Assembly: GCA_030636025.1 (NCBI GenBank)
Contig: DAOVXQ010000001.1
Coordinates: 96,809-160,808 of the forward strand
DNA from: an archaeon
Lineage (GTDB): Archaea > Nanobdellota > Nanobdellia > Pacearchaeales > GW2011-AR1
Reading direction: 5' to 3'
Length of the DNA: 64,000 bases
Shown here: positions 16,816 to 26,049 of the stretch, piece by piece
How positions within the stretch are numbered: the first letter of the stretch is position 1
Layout of the letters: every line of letters begins with the position of its first letter
Translations under genes and position numbers: made by a program
Notes under the pieces: model-generated
What the model was told of the DNA's origin: nothing
Databases searched by the model: none
Seen by the model: only the letters and a program-made list of their open reading frames with translations

Positions 16816-19221
16816 TTATACTGTAGCAGGTCCAATTATTGCAGCAGCACTAGCATCTAATGATAAACTATCATCAACAACTCTCTGAGCAGCACTAGTA
16901 GTTTCAGCAGCTTCGTATCCAGCTACCAACATAGCGATTTTCCCACTATCTGCAGCAGCATATGGAGAAGCAAATGTATCAATTATATAGCTTCCTGCTC
17001 CAACATTTGTTTTAGCAGTAAATGCAGCCCCACATAATGGAACCTCACTTCCTAATAATTTAGCAGCAACACTATTAATACAACTTCCACCAACAACAAC
17101 TAAGTTCTTGTCTTTAACACTATCAATTGCTGAATCAGCAACAACAGGAGACAAACCACCAGAAGCAGTTGTTCCAGCTGTAACAGCACCCGAAGTAATA
17201 TGTATTATCGGTGTTACAGCAGATTCTGGAATATTTAATACAATATTTGCCGGCGAACCAGATGGATTACTATAATCAATCTCTACACCATAGTTATCTA
17301 TAAATGTAGAATGAGTACTATCCTCTGGATCTGCAATCCAATTTGAGTATTCTCCACCACTATATGTACTTGCAATTTCATCATCTGTACTATTCTTATA
17401 CTGTGCATAAAATAGGACTCTTGGCATATTAGTAAGTGTATACTTGTCTCCATCTTTCTGAGTATCATCAAGAGTTGCATTTACTCTTATTGCAGATTCT
17501 GCAGCAGTAATTGTCGAATTCTGAGTAAAATTAGTTTGCAAGTCTGTAATGTTAATTAAAACATTATTCTTTGTTCTTATATAATTACTCTTACTACCTC
17601 CAGATGTCTCTCCATCAGTATCATTATACTGCGTAGTTGTTAATTTTAACTTACAATTAGCAACATGACAATTACTTGCATTAGCAAATGCAAAATCTTT
17701 TCCACCTAATGTAAGTGTAGCCGCACCTGCAGCACTTAATGTAACATCGTGGGTAGTTCCCCCTAGGACTTTAAACTTTGCCTTTTCATTACTTCCATCA
17801 AGGTCATCTGTTCCTAGAAATTGAACTACAAAACTTCTTGCATTATCTCCATTAGCAACAGTAGTTGGCTCAGCAGTATTTAAAATAAAATACTGATATC
17901 TCTTCAACCCTATTGGGTTATTAGGATCTAAAACCAATCTATAACCATTTTTATATCCAGGATAAGCACTTGTAGCATTTACAAATACTAATGGGAATTT
18001 AACAGTATTGCCATCATAATCAACAAACTCTAAGTCCATTCTACTATCTGTAGATTTCTTTACTGAAAGTTCATTATAAGTTGTATCTTCTAATCCAGAA
18101 TATACAATATCCCAATTTTGAGTAATTAAAACTTCTGGTTCAGCTAAATCTGCAGCAGCACTTAATTTCCCACCTTCCTTAACATACAAATCTGCCTCAG
18201 CAGTCATATTAATCGAAATTCGAGAGATTGAAATATCTCCAGCAGAATGAGTTTCAGTAATGTTAACATTAGTGTAACTAATTGCATCACCATTTACAGT
18301 CATACTATTCCCATCTCTTAACTCAATTTTATCTGCACCAAGATAAGCAGTTGCCTGCATTAATCCGCCTGCAAAATTTTGATAAGTAATGTCTGAAACA
18401 CCTAAATAACTTCCATCAGCTAATTTAGCAGTTCCACCATCAGCCAATTTGCTTGTAGTTTCACCATCAACAGTAAATCTCGCTTCATTTGTAGCAGTAA
18501 CTAATACACTTACTGTTTTACCACCAACAGTTAATTCTTCACCATTTGAGATAGTAATTTTATTAGCACCACTCATTAATGTTAAATCAGTAACACTTGT
18601 TGAAGTATTTTTTGCACTAGTTATAGCATATGTTTTTCCTAATAAAGTAATTTCTTTATCTTCAATATCCTCTAAATCACTTGAACTAGTTACATCTGAT
18701 TCAAGATATGTAGTAAACTCCATTCTATATTCAACAATTCCTTCAGAACCAACTATCTTATAAAATAATCCTACATTTTCATCATCATCTTGTTGATATG
18801 CAACAGTCCCTGATGCAGGATTAGAAGGTGTTGGAGTTTCAAAATAAAAGAACTGATTATATACTGCAGTCCCCTTTTCAGTTGAAATTGTTCCGCCTTC
18901 TAAAATAGGTAATTCATCTTTATCAATAGATGAAATAACTTCACTAAAACTTTCATTTAGTTCTAAATCATCAGAACTAGTTGCAACTTGCCAAGAACCA
19001 GCAGGAACTCCTGCAGGTGTACCTTCTATTTGACCAATAGCAGTCTGAATATTTACAGCAGCCGCCATATCTACCTGAACATTTCCACTTGCACCATAAA
19101 CAATAGCAGAACCACTGTCAAATGGGGCTGGGAAAGTTGCAGCAGCAGCAAAACCAATTGTGCTCGCTAACATAACTCCGCTTGCGAATACCGAAGCCAC
19201 TTTTTTAAAATTAAATTTCAT
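16816..19221 (-). CDS. Probable S-layer protein
   Basis: Signal peptide MKFNFKKVASVFASGVMLASTIGFAAAATFPAPF. The 801-aa protein is Thr/Ser/Ala/Gly/Asn-rich with almost no Cys except in the C-terminal NLVVVGGSCINSVAAKLLG...PLCG motif. GGAGG lies before the ATG, and about 440 nt of non-coding sequence lies upstream. Confidence 0.7.
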   Translation of the reverse strand: MKFNFKKVASVFASGVMLASTIGFAAAATFPAPFDSGSAIVYGASGNVQVDMAAAVNIQTAIGQIEGTPAGVPAGSWQVATSSDDLELNESFSEVISSIDKDELPILEGGTISTEKGTAVYNQFFYFETPTPSNPASGTVAYQQDDDENVGLFYKIVGSEGIVEYRMEFTTYLESDVTSSSDLEDIEDKEITLLGKTYAITSAKNTSTSVTDLTLMSGANKITISNGEELTVGGKTVSVLVTATNEARFTVDGETTSKLADGGTAKLADGSYLGVSDITYQNFAGGLMQATAYLGADKIELRDGNSMTVNGDAISYTNVNITETHSAGDISISRISINMTAEADLYVKEGGKLSAAADLAEPEVLITQNWDIVYSGLEDTTYNELSVKKSTDSRMDLEFVDYDGNTVKFPLVFVNATSAYPGYKNGYRLVLDPNNPIGLKRYQYFILNTAEPTTVANGDNARSFVVQFLGTDDLDGSNEKAKFKVLGGTTHDVTLSAAGAATLTLGGKDFAFANASNCHVANCKLKLTTTQYNDTDGETSGGSKSNYIRTKNNVLINITDLQTNFTQNSTITAAESAIRVNATLDDTQKDGDKYTLTNMPRVLFYAQYKNSTDDEIASTYSGGEYSNWIADPEDSTHSTFIDNYGVEIDYSNPSGSPANIVLNIPESAVTPIIHITSGAVTAGTTASGGLSPVVADSAIDSVKDKNLVVVGGSCINSVAAKLLGSEVPLCGAAFTAKTNVGAGSYIIDTFASPYAAADSGKIAMLVAGYEAAETTSAAQRVVDDSLSLDASAAAIIGPATV

Positions 19222-19661
19222 TTCTTTTTATTAACCTCCTTTCAACAGTCATAAATATTATGCCTCTTTTCATAACAATATAGGGTACTGTTATTTTAGA
19301 CACCTCATTCTGTAATCCCTATTAGATTTCTGTTTTTACTGGCCAGTTTTCTTTTGCTATTTAATTTAATAAACAACAATTATAATTATCAAATTTTATT
19401 TAAAAAGCTTTCGACAATTTTTCTAAAAATATTCATCAAACCCTTTTATTTTAACTATTCTTTTATAAAACTTTCGGTGTCACTAAATTATTAATACATA
19501 TTTTAGATATTTATTTAAAATCTATAAAATCATTAATTTCTTTCATACCCTATTTTTCAAAACATATATTGTATAAAATAACCTACATTAATAATATATA
19601 TGTTCGTCATATATGGAAAAATTTATATAGTATCCTTTGTTAGTATAATTACTCATTAAAT

Positions 19662-20018
19662 ATGGTAAAAAAAACAATTAAAACAAGGACAATTACACTG
19701 TCTGAAAAAGAAGGAACATTCTCAACAATTTTTCATAGATTCAAAGGAAACAAAAAACAAGTTTCAGAAATAGCTAATCTTAGAAGCTTGTTAAGTAATG
19801 AAAAAGCAAGACTTATACATATAATTAAAACAAAACAACCTGCTTCAATATATGAACTAACTAAACTTTTAGGAAGAGATTTTAAGGCAGTAAGGCAAGA
19901 TATAAGATTATTAGAAAAATTCGGTTTCATAGAGCTTATTTCATCGCATAAACACGGCAGAGAACTTCTAAGGCCTGTCGTAGATGTGGATAAATTAGTA
20001 ATTAATATTAATCTATGA
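19662..20018 (+). CDS. Winged-helix transcriptional regulator
   Basis: HTH segment ASIYELTKLLGRDFKAVRQDIRLLEKFGFIEL. Divergent from the S-layer gene. Confidence 0.6.
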   Translation: MVKKTIKTRTITLSEKEGTFSTIFHRFKGNKKQVSEIANLRSLLSNEKARLIHIIKTKQPASIYELTKLLGRDFKAVRQDIRLLEKFGFIELISSHKHGRELLRPVVDVDKLVININL

Positions 20019-20139
20019 CATTTCCCCAATATCTTAATAAACAGCATATTAATCACTTTTTATATTTAAACAAAGAGAGTAATTACAAATCCCAAAACCC
20101 TATGAACCTCCCAATCAAAAAACAATTTACCGACGACAA

Positions 20140-20979
20140 TTAATCTTCTTTCTCTAATTTCTCTAATTCTGCTTTATCTTTCTCAAACCTTTTTTTAGTT
20201 TCTTCTAATTTACCCTTCCTATTTTTAATATCATCTAACTCTTCTTTTGCTTCCCCTAATTTTTTCTCTGCATCTGCAAGCTCATCATCTTTATTCATAC
20301 TTGGCATACGTGGTTTAACCTTAAAATCAATATATGTCCCACCCTTTCTTGATTTTAATTTTTTCTTAGCAACAAAAATAATCATCAGAGCAATTAAAAA
20401 TCCACCAAGAACATAGTAGGTTATTTTTGAACTAACAACAGATTTAGTAGTATCCTTAATAGAAAACCCTGTCAACATCCCTGATTCTTTTGTTTCTTCA
20501 ACAACTTCACTTTCTTCCACAATCTCCTCAGGCTCTTCTTCATCAGATACATTTACTGCAACCTCGACCCTATTAGTTTCTGTCTCATTAATTTCTTCTC
20601 CTGAATAAGCATCAACAGTAGGATTAAGTGTATTAAGGTTAATATCAACAAATTTATTTAAAATTAAATTCGGTATAAAAATTGATTCTTTTTCATTTAA
20701 AAAAGTAAGATAAGCCCCATTATCTTGTTGAGCCATAAATCCCATTTTAATTCTTATTGGCTCTAAATTATAATTAAAAATAACTTCTCCTTTTTCATCC
20801 GTAGTTTCTGTAAATGTCCCTTCAGGTAATGTTTTCCCAGTGTCTGGGTCAGCCACCTTCAAAATTATTAGGGTATCTGGATGCCCAGTTTGAACACTAA
20901 TTGTGCTTTCATATGCAAAAACATTTACAACTAACGCCAAAATTGTAAAAACCATAATCATACTAACCGCTTTTTTCAT
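20140..20979 (-). CDS. Secreted, TM-anchored protein with cytoplasmic coiled-coil tail
   Basis: I chose the internal start MKKAVSMIMVFTILALVVNVFA (a signal peptide). It also has an acidic linker, a TM (YYVLGGFLIALMIIFVA) and a K/E coiled coil. Confidence 0.5.
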   Translation of the reverse strand: MKKAVSMIMVFTILALVVNVFAYESTISVQTGHPDTLIILKVADPDTGKTLPEGTFTETTDEKGEVIFNYNLEPIRIKMGFMAQQDNGAYLTFLNEKESIFIPNLILNKFVDINLNTLNPTVDAYSGEEINETETNRVEVAVNVSDEEEPEEIVEESEVVEETKESGMLTGFSIKDTTKSVVSSKITYYVLGGFLIALMIIFVAKKKLKSRKGGTYIDFKVKPRMPSMNKDDELADAEKKLGEAKEELDDIKNRKGKLEETKKRFEKDKAELEKLEKED

Positions 20980-21051
20980 AAGATTATGAAAACTTTTTTG
21001 TTTATAAACTTTTGTATAAAAATTAATAAACCTTAGAATTGTCATAATTGT

Positions 21052-21846
21052 ATGAATCAATGTCCAAAAATTCTAGTCGCAAGTCCAACTTATCAGGGAA
21101 TGCAATATTGCCAGAAACAATTTTTAAAAACCATAAATAATTTTAATTATAATAATTATGATGTTTTAATCGTCGACAATTCTGAAGAAGACAAGAATTT
21201 TAATATGCTAAAAGAAAACAAAAGCATCAATGTAATCTGGAATAAATCCTCTGAAAAAAATAAATTATTGCGTTTAGTAAACAGCAGAAATAAAATAATT
21301 AATTATGCATTGGAAAATAATTATGATTATATTTTAATGATGGATTCAGATGTAATTCCCCCAAAAAATATCCTTCAAGAATTAATAGATTGCAATAAAG
21401 ATATTGTTTCAGGGTTATATTCTAATTATTTTATTATTGACGGAAAAACACAATATCTCCCTGTTGCTTGGACTGCATTAACAGAAAAGGAATTTGAAGA
21501 AATCAAACAAAAAATTCAATTACCTGATTTTGTTAAATCTCATTTGGATTTAAGGGCGCATTTAACAAATAAAGAAGCTAATTCCGATAAGTTAATACAA
21601 GTTGTGATTCCTTCTGCAGGATGCATGTTAATAAACAAAAAGGTATTTTCTAAAATAAAATATAATTTGATAAATACACAAGATATGAATAATATAATGA
21701 CTACAGATGATATTGGTTTTGTTTTAGAAGCAAGAAAATTAGGGTTTAATGCATATTGCAATACAAAAGTTAAATGTGAACATTTAATTAAAGAAAAATT
21801 TAGAAAAGATGAGCAAGGAACTTATTACCATCCAATATATGAATAA
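21052..21846 (+). CDS. GT-A fold glycosyltransferase (family 2-like)
   Basis: ILVASPTY..., VLIVDNSEED and MMDSDVIP (DxD-like) motifs. Confidence 0.6.
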   Translation: MNQCPKILVASPTYQGMQYCQKQFLKTINNFNYNNYDVLIVDNSEEDKNFNMLKENKSINVIWNKSSEKNKLLRLVNSRNKIINYALENNYDYILMMDSDVIPPKNILQELIDCNKDIVSGLYSNYFIIDGKTQYLPVAWTALTEKEFEEIKQKIQLPDFVKSHLDLRAHLTNKEANSDKLIQVVIPSAGCMLINKKVFSKIKYNLINTQDMNNIMTTDDIGFVLEARKLGFNAYCNTKVKCEHLIKEKFRKDEQGTYYHPIYE

Positions 21847-21862
21847 AATTAATTAAAGAAAT

Positions 21863-23428
21863 TTACCTTTTTTTCTTAACACCATAACCAACCCCAATTA
21901 AAACTACTGCTACAATAATTACAATCCACAACCAAGTTAAATTCTTTGATTCTAATTCTTCTTCTGCCTGACTATCTGCAGATTCTTGTTTTTGTTGTTC
22001 TTGTGCTATAGTTTCTGCAGTAACTTTCTCATGTATTGATTTAATAGTAACATCTGCTTTATTACTTTCAATTTTATTAAGTTTAACATACACATCATAA
22101 TAATCATCTGCATCAACATCAAATCTTCTTTCATCTCCTACAGATAAGGTTGCTTCCTGAGGTGTTGAAAATATACTTAAAGTTGCTGTTGTAGAAGTTA
22201 ATCCAGTAACCCCCACATTATGAGTTTTTCCATCAACTTTAATTCTTATTTTCTCATTCTTTTTAACTTGCTTAGTATAACCTTCTATGAATTGTTCATC
22301 AGTTACAACATAAGTTTTAGTATAAGTTGTTCCGCCACCATTGCTTATAGCAACACCTGAACCAGTAACAGTATAATCTAAACTAGTGCTCGCATTATTT
22401 CCTGCATAATCAACTGCACTGCAATATGCTTTTAAATTATCTGCAGAAGTTGTAGAAGGGTTTATAGCATAACTTACTGCTCCACTTACTCCAGAAGTAG
22501 CATCACTAGCACTACAGGTACAAGTTATAGTGTCCCCAACATTTACTAAGGCATGGTCACATGAAAAAGCAAGGGTTGGAGCAACTCTATCCAAGGTAAT
22601 ATTAAGTACTATGGAATCATTTTTATTTCCCTGAGTATCATTTACAGTAGCATTTATCATATAATCTCCATCAGCTAATCCTGTAAAATTAATAAACGCA
22701 GAAGATGTAGAAGATACATTTAAAAGAGTATAATTAAGGGATGAATTTAAATAAGTTACATTATATGCTGAAGTATAATTATATAATGAAATATTAATAG
22801 AACTAAGCCATTTTCCTGTATCAGTCCCTTCATCAGTTACAGTTATCTTAATCGGAATTGAATTTTGTGATAAATTTGCACCCTGAGTAGTTAGTCCAGG
22901 ACTAACAAAAGCTACCGCAGTCGGTGCAGTAGTATCATTAATTATTACAGATACGTTTGAAGTAGTTATTGTTGTTCCATTAGTAAGAATAACATCTACT
23001 ATAAAATTATAAGTTCCAGGAGTAGATGCAGTAGCATTAAAAGCAAAATAAGTTTGATTTAATGTAAGTTGAGATGAATTTATTAAAGAAACAATAGTAT
23101 CATTTGTCCAACTAAGAATACTGCCAATACTTGAAAAATTAACAGAAACTGCCTCATTAGGTACATTACTTACATTAGTTATATTTGAATTATTTTCAAA
23201 AGTAAATCCGGTTGGTAAAGTAATATTAACCCGAGTTACATTTTTTAATTGAACATCAGTAATATCAATAGTTATATTATAAATCTGAGAGTCTGTTTCA
23301 TTAAAACTAAATGAAGTTCCTCCCTGAGTTATCCAAGCAACTGATGCAAAAACAACCCCAACACCAATTAACAATAATAAAACCAACAAAACACTTTTTT
23401 CAATCATCACACAATCTTTTTTTACCAT
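21863..23428 (-). CDS. Sequon-dense surface glycoprotein with C-terminal TM anchor
   Basis: Signal/TM at the N-terminus. More than 25 N-x-S/T sequons by eye. Ig-like repeats. The C-terminus is NLTWLWIVIIVAVVLIGVGYGVKKKR. Confidence 0.6.
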   Translation of the reverse strand: MVKKDCVMIEKSVLLVLLLLIGVGVVFASVAWITQGGTSFSFNETDSQIYNITIDITDVQLKNVTRVNITLPTGFTFENNSNITNVSNVPNEAVSVNFSSIGSILSWTNDTIVSLINSSQLTLNQTYFAFNATASTPGTYNFIVDVILTNGTTITTSNVSVIINDTTAPTAVAFVSPGLTTQGANLSQNSIPIKITVTDEGTDTGKWLSSINISLYNYTSAYNVTYLNSSLNYTLLNVSSTSSAFINFTGLADGDYMINATVNDTQGNKNDSIVLNITLDRVAPTLAFSCDHALVNVGDTITCTCSASDATSGVSGAVSYAINPSTTSADNLKAYCSAVDYAGNNASTSLDYTVTGSGVAISNGGGTTYTKTYVVTDEQFIEGYTKQVKKNEKIRIKVDGKTHNVGVTGLTSTTATLSIFSTPQEATLSVGDERRFDVDADDYYDVYVKLNKIESNKADVTIKSIHEKVTAETIAQEQQKQESADSQAEEELESKNLTWLWIVIIVAVVLIGVGYGVKKKR

Positions 23429-23636
23429 CTCAACTCTTTTTGTAATATATATTTATACTACCTATTATAGATTAGCCTTTATAAATCTTTTTCTTATTAA
23501 TTATAAAACAAAATTTTATTTTTTCTACTTAAAAATTTATTTTATCGACGATGATTTTATAATCCCAAAAGTTTCATAATAAAAAAAACATTTTTTTCTA
23601 TTTTAAAAATAAAATTTCTCCAATTTTTTCTCTCCT

Positions 23637-24140
23637 TCACTCCTTACAAACATCTAACTCAACCCAGATATTTCCTTCACCATAATTAAATGGAATCATA
23701 TGGCTTGCTCCTTTGATAGAACTGCAATTTGCAAAAACACCGTCGCTGATTTCAACAAAATTTTCTCTAAAATCAGATTCAAAATAAATCGTAAGATTGT
23801 AGGCATCACCGAGATTTGAAATATTCATTAATTTTTCTAATTCAAAATCAAGTGAATTGCAAAAAGTTGTCTCGTCAAAGCAAGTTTCTAATTCACTATC
23901 TCTATGTTCATAACATGACTTAATTAAATTCTGCAGATTTTCATAATTCACAGGATAATTAATTTCGCAGTCTGTAGTAGAATACATACTTGCTTCTAAA
24001 AAATGCGAGATTTCAACACTTGTTGTTTTAAGTGTTTCCCCTCGTCCAATACTTAATGAAAGAAAAACAATTCCAATTACAGTTACAACTAAAATTATTA
24101 ATACAAATCCCACAATTTCCTGCTGTGCTTTTGCTTTCAT
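23637..24140 (-). CDS. Type IV pilin-like (class III signal-like) protein
   Basis: The N-terminus is MKAKAQQEIVGFVLIILVVTVIGIVFLSL, a short basic stretch and A-Q followed by about 22 hydrophobic residues. Last gene of a 5-gene operon. Confidence 0.5.
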   Translation of the reverse strand: MKAKAQQEIVGFVLIILVVTVIGIVFLSLSIGRGETLKTTSVEISHFLEASMYSTTDCEINYPVNYENLQNLIKSCYEHRDSELETCFDETTFCNSLDFELEKLMNISNLGDAYNLTIYFESDFRENFVEISDGVFANCSSIKGASHMIPFNYGEGNIWVELDVCKE

Positions 24141-24589
24141 ATTTTTAAATCCATTTCATAACGAACTATTTTAAATCCTAATTTTTTATATAATTTTAAA
24201 GCATTTTTATTTTTGATATTTGCCCCTAACCTACATTTTTTTATTCCTTTAACCTTTAAAATTTTTATAAATTCTTTAATTAGATTGGAAGCGAGTCTGT
24301 TTTTTCTGAATTTCTTTAATACAAAAACATCATCGATATATCCACTATTTTGCCATATATTTTTTATTATAGAACCTATTAAAAAACCGATTAAGTTTTT
24401 ATCATTATTAAGGACAAGAACAATATTATTTTTAGAAGAAATCATCTTATAAAATTCTTTTTTTATTTGTTCTTCTTTAGCATTTATTTTTTCTTTAATT
24501 AAATTAGAATATTCTTTAATACTTTCTTTTTTTAATTTTAAAAAATCTTCAAAATCTTTTCTTTTTGCTTTCCTTATTTTAATCATCAT
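24137..24589 (-). CDS. GNAT-family N-acetyltransferase
   Basis: Acetyl-CoA binding region VFVLKKFRKNRLASNLIKEFI and NKNALKLYKKLGFKIV. It has 4-nt overlaps with both neighbouring genes. Confidence 0.8.
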   Translation of the reverse strand: MMIKIRKAKRKDFEDFLKLKKESIKEYSNLIKEKINAKEEQIKKEFYKMISSKNNIVLVLNNDKNLIGFLIGSIIKNIWQNSGYIDDVFVLKKFRKNRLASNLIKEFIKILKVKGIKKCRLGANIKNKNALKLYKKLGFKIVRYEMDLKI

Positions 24590-25116
24590 TTTCTCTCACT
24601 CCCTGCCCAAATTTTAGCAATCTCACATTTATCATAAATCCGATTGTTCTCACTTTCCTTCCTACACAAAGCAACAAATGTTTTTTTAATTGTCTCATCT
24701 TTATTTTTATCAAATACAACAATTTTGTCGCAATCAGGATAATTTCCTTTTGTGCATTCAATCATCTCACTTTCTTTTTTATTCAAACCACTCTCAGTAA
24801 CAATAACCAAACTTGAAAAACTCCAGAATTTTTTATAAACTCCTGATTGTTCACTTGCCAATGCAATTAATTTATCTGCATCAATGCAATTTGGTTTTCC
24901 ACATGAAAATTCTGCACTGCCTGCCAAATTCATAATCGCAGAATATGTTTTTTCTTCTTCAATCTGCGTTGCTGATTTGTGTAAATTAGAATATATCATA
25001 GAAACCGCAAACAAACCCGCCAAAATAAAAAACAACACAACTGCAATTAACATAAACGACATTTCTTGAATTTTCAACTGCCCCTTCTTCCCAAATAATT
25101 TTTTTCTTTTTTTCAT
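24586..25116 (-). CDS. Type IV pilin-like protein
   Basis: N-terminus MKKRKKLFGKKGQLKIQEMSFMLIAVVLFFILAGLFAV. Confidence 0.5.
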   Translation of the reverse strand: MKKRKKLFGKKGQLKIQEMSFMLIAVVLFFILAGLFAVSMIYSNLHKSATQIEEEKTYSAIMNLAGSAEFSCGKPNCIDADKLIALASEQSGVYKKFWSFSSLVIVTESGLNKKESEMIECTKGNYPDCDKIVVFDKNKDETIKKTFVALCRKESENNRIYDKCEIAKIWAGSERK

Positions 25117-26049
25117 TTAATACAACCTGCACATAACATTTTTATTTTTTAAATCAGCTATTTTTGATGCTTGAGAAATCATTGACAAATCTTCAGAAGA
25201 GTCCAAATCACTAGCCAACCTTTTCAAATTAATTAAATCTCCCTCAATATTTGAACCACAACCCTGCATTCTAATAATATCTATTTTCCCAATATAAACA
25301 TCTGCCAAGATACCAAATTTTTTCATTAATCTTTTAACATTGCATTCGTAAATGTCTGGCGACGACATAATTGCTGCATAAAATAAATTATCCACATAAT
25401 ATAATTCTTTTGAACCTTTTTTTACAAAACCCTCTCCATTTAATGAGCCTGAAACCCGAACATCACAATTAGTATCTGAAACAAAACAAACCTTTGTCCC
25501 ATCGCAATTTTCTCCAACAGAAATAATTTCAATGTTTTCAATTCCCATTTCCCTAATTTCATTTTCAATTTCAGTTCCCGCCCCTGCAAAACAATAATTT
25601 TCACTAGAAGCAACAATTATATCAGCGACTTTAAATGGCATAGAAAATGGCATTGAAAATAAATGCAAGTCACCCTCAACAACTTCTTCTGCAAAAACAT
25701 ATTTATTATAAACAGCAATTTCTTCTCCTGGCTCACCCCATTTACCAAAAGATTTGTCTGCAAAAGCAATTGTTTGTTTCCCAAAATCCCCCCTTTCGCT
25801 GCAGGAAAAATAAATTCTTGTGTCTTTTTTAAATTCTATTTTTGAATATTTTCCCGACGCTATTCCGGATTCAGCAGGGTCCAGCAATGCAGAAAGTTTA
25901 GCAGCACTTTCTGTGCTGGTTATTTGATTTCCAACACCAATAAATTTTGTCGCCCCGTAAATCGCAAGAAACAAAATAAACACCCCCGCAATAATCGCAA
26001 ACAGCCAGGTAAAAGACATACCAATTGCTTTAGTATTTTTAATTCTCAT
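25117..26049 (-). CDS. Membrane-anchored extracellular protein of the pilin-like operon
   Basis: The N-terminus is MRIKNTKAIGMSFTWLFAIIAGVFILFLAIYGA. The G-MSF motif is shared with the two flanking genes. Confidence 0.5.
   Translation of the reverse strand: MRIKNTKAIGMSFTWLFAIIAGVFILFLAIYGATKFIGVGNQITSTESAAKLSALLDPAESGIASGKYSKIEFKKDTRIYFSCSERGDFGKQTIAFADKSFGKWGEPGEEIAVYNKYVFAEEVVEGDLHLFSMPFSMPFKVADIIVASSENYCFAGAGTEIENEIREMGIENIEIISVGENCDGTKVCFVSDTNCDVRVSGSLNGEGFVKKGSKELYYVDNLFYAAIMSSPDIYECNVKRLMKKFGILADVYIGKIDIIRMQGCGSNIEGDLINLKRLASDLDSSEDLSMISQASKIADLKNKNVMCRLY

Noticed and set aside
18449-19170. Plus-strand ORFs 18449-18763 and 18988-19170 (and minus-strand out-of-frame ORF 17298-17480) within the S-layer gene
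   Set aside because: They are shadow or out-of-frame ORFs inside a long, compositionally consistent ORF.
21863-23428. The long plus-strand-like periodicity in this gene as a DNA tandem repeat
   Set aside because: The repetition is at the protein-domain and sequon level (Asn/Thr/Ser codons), not an exact nucleotide repeat.
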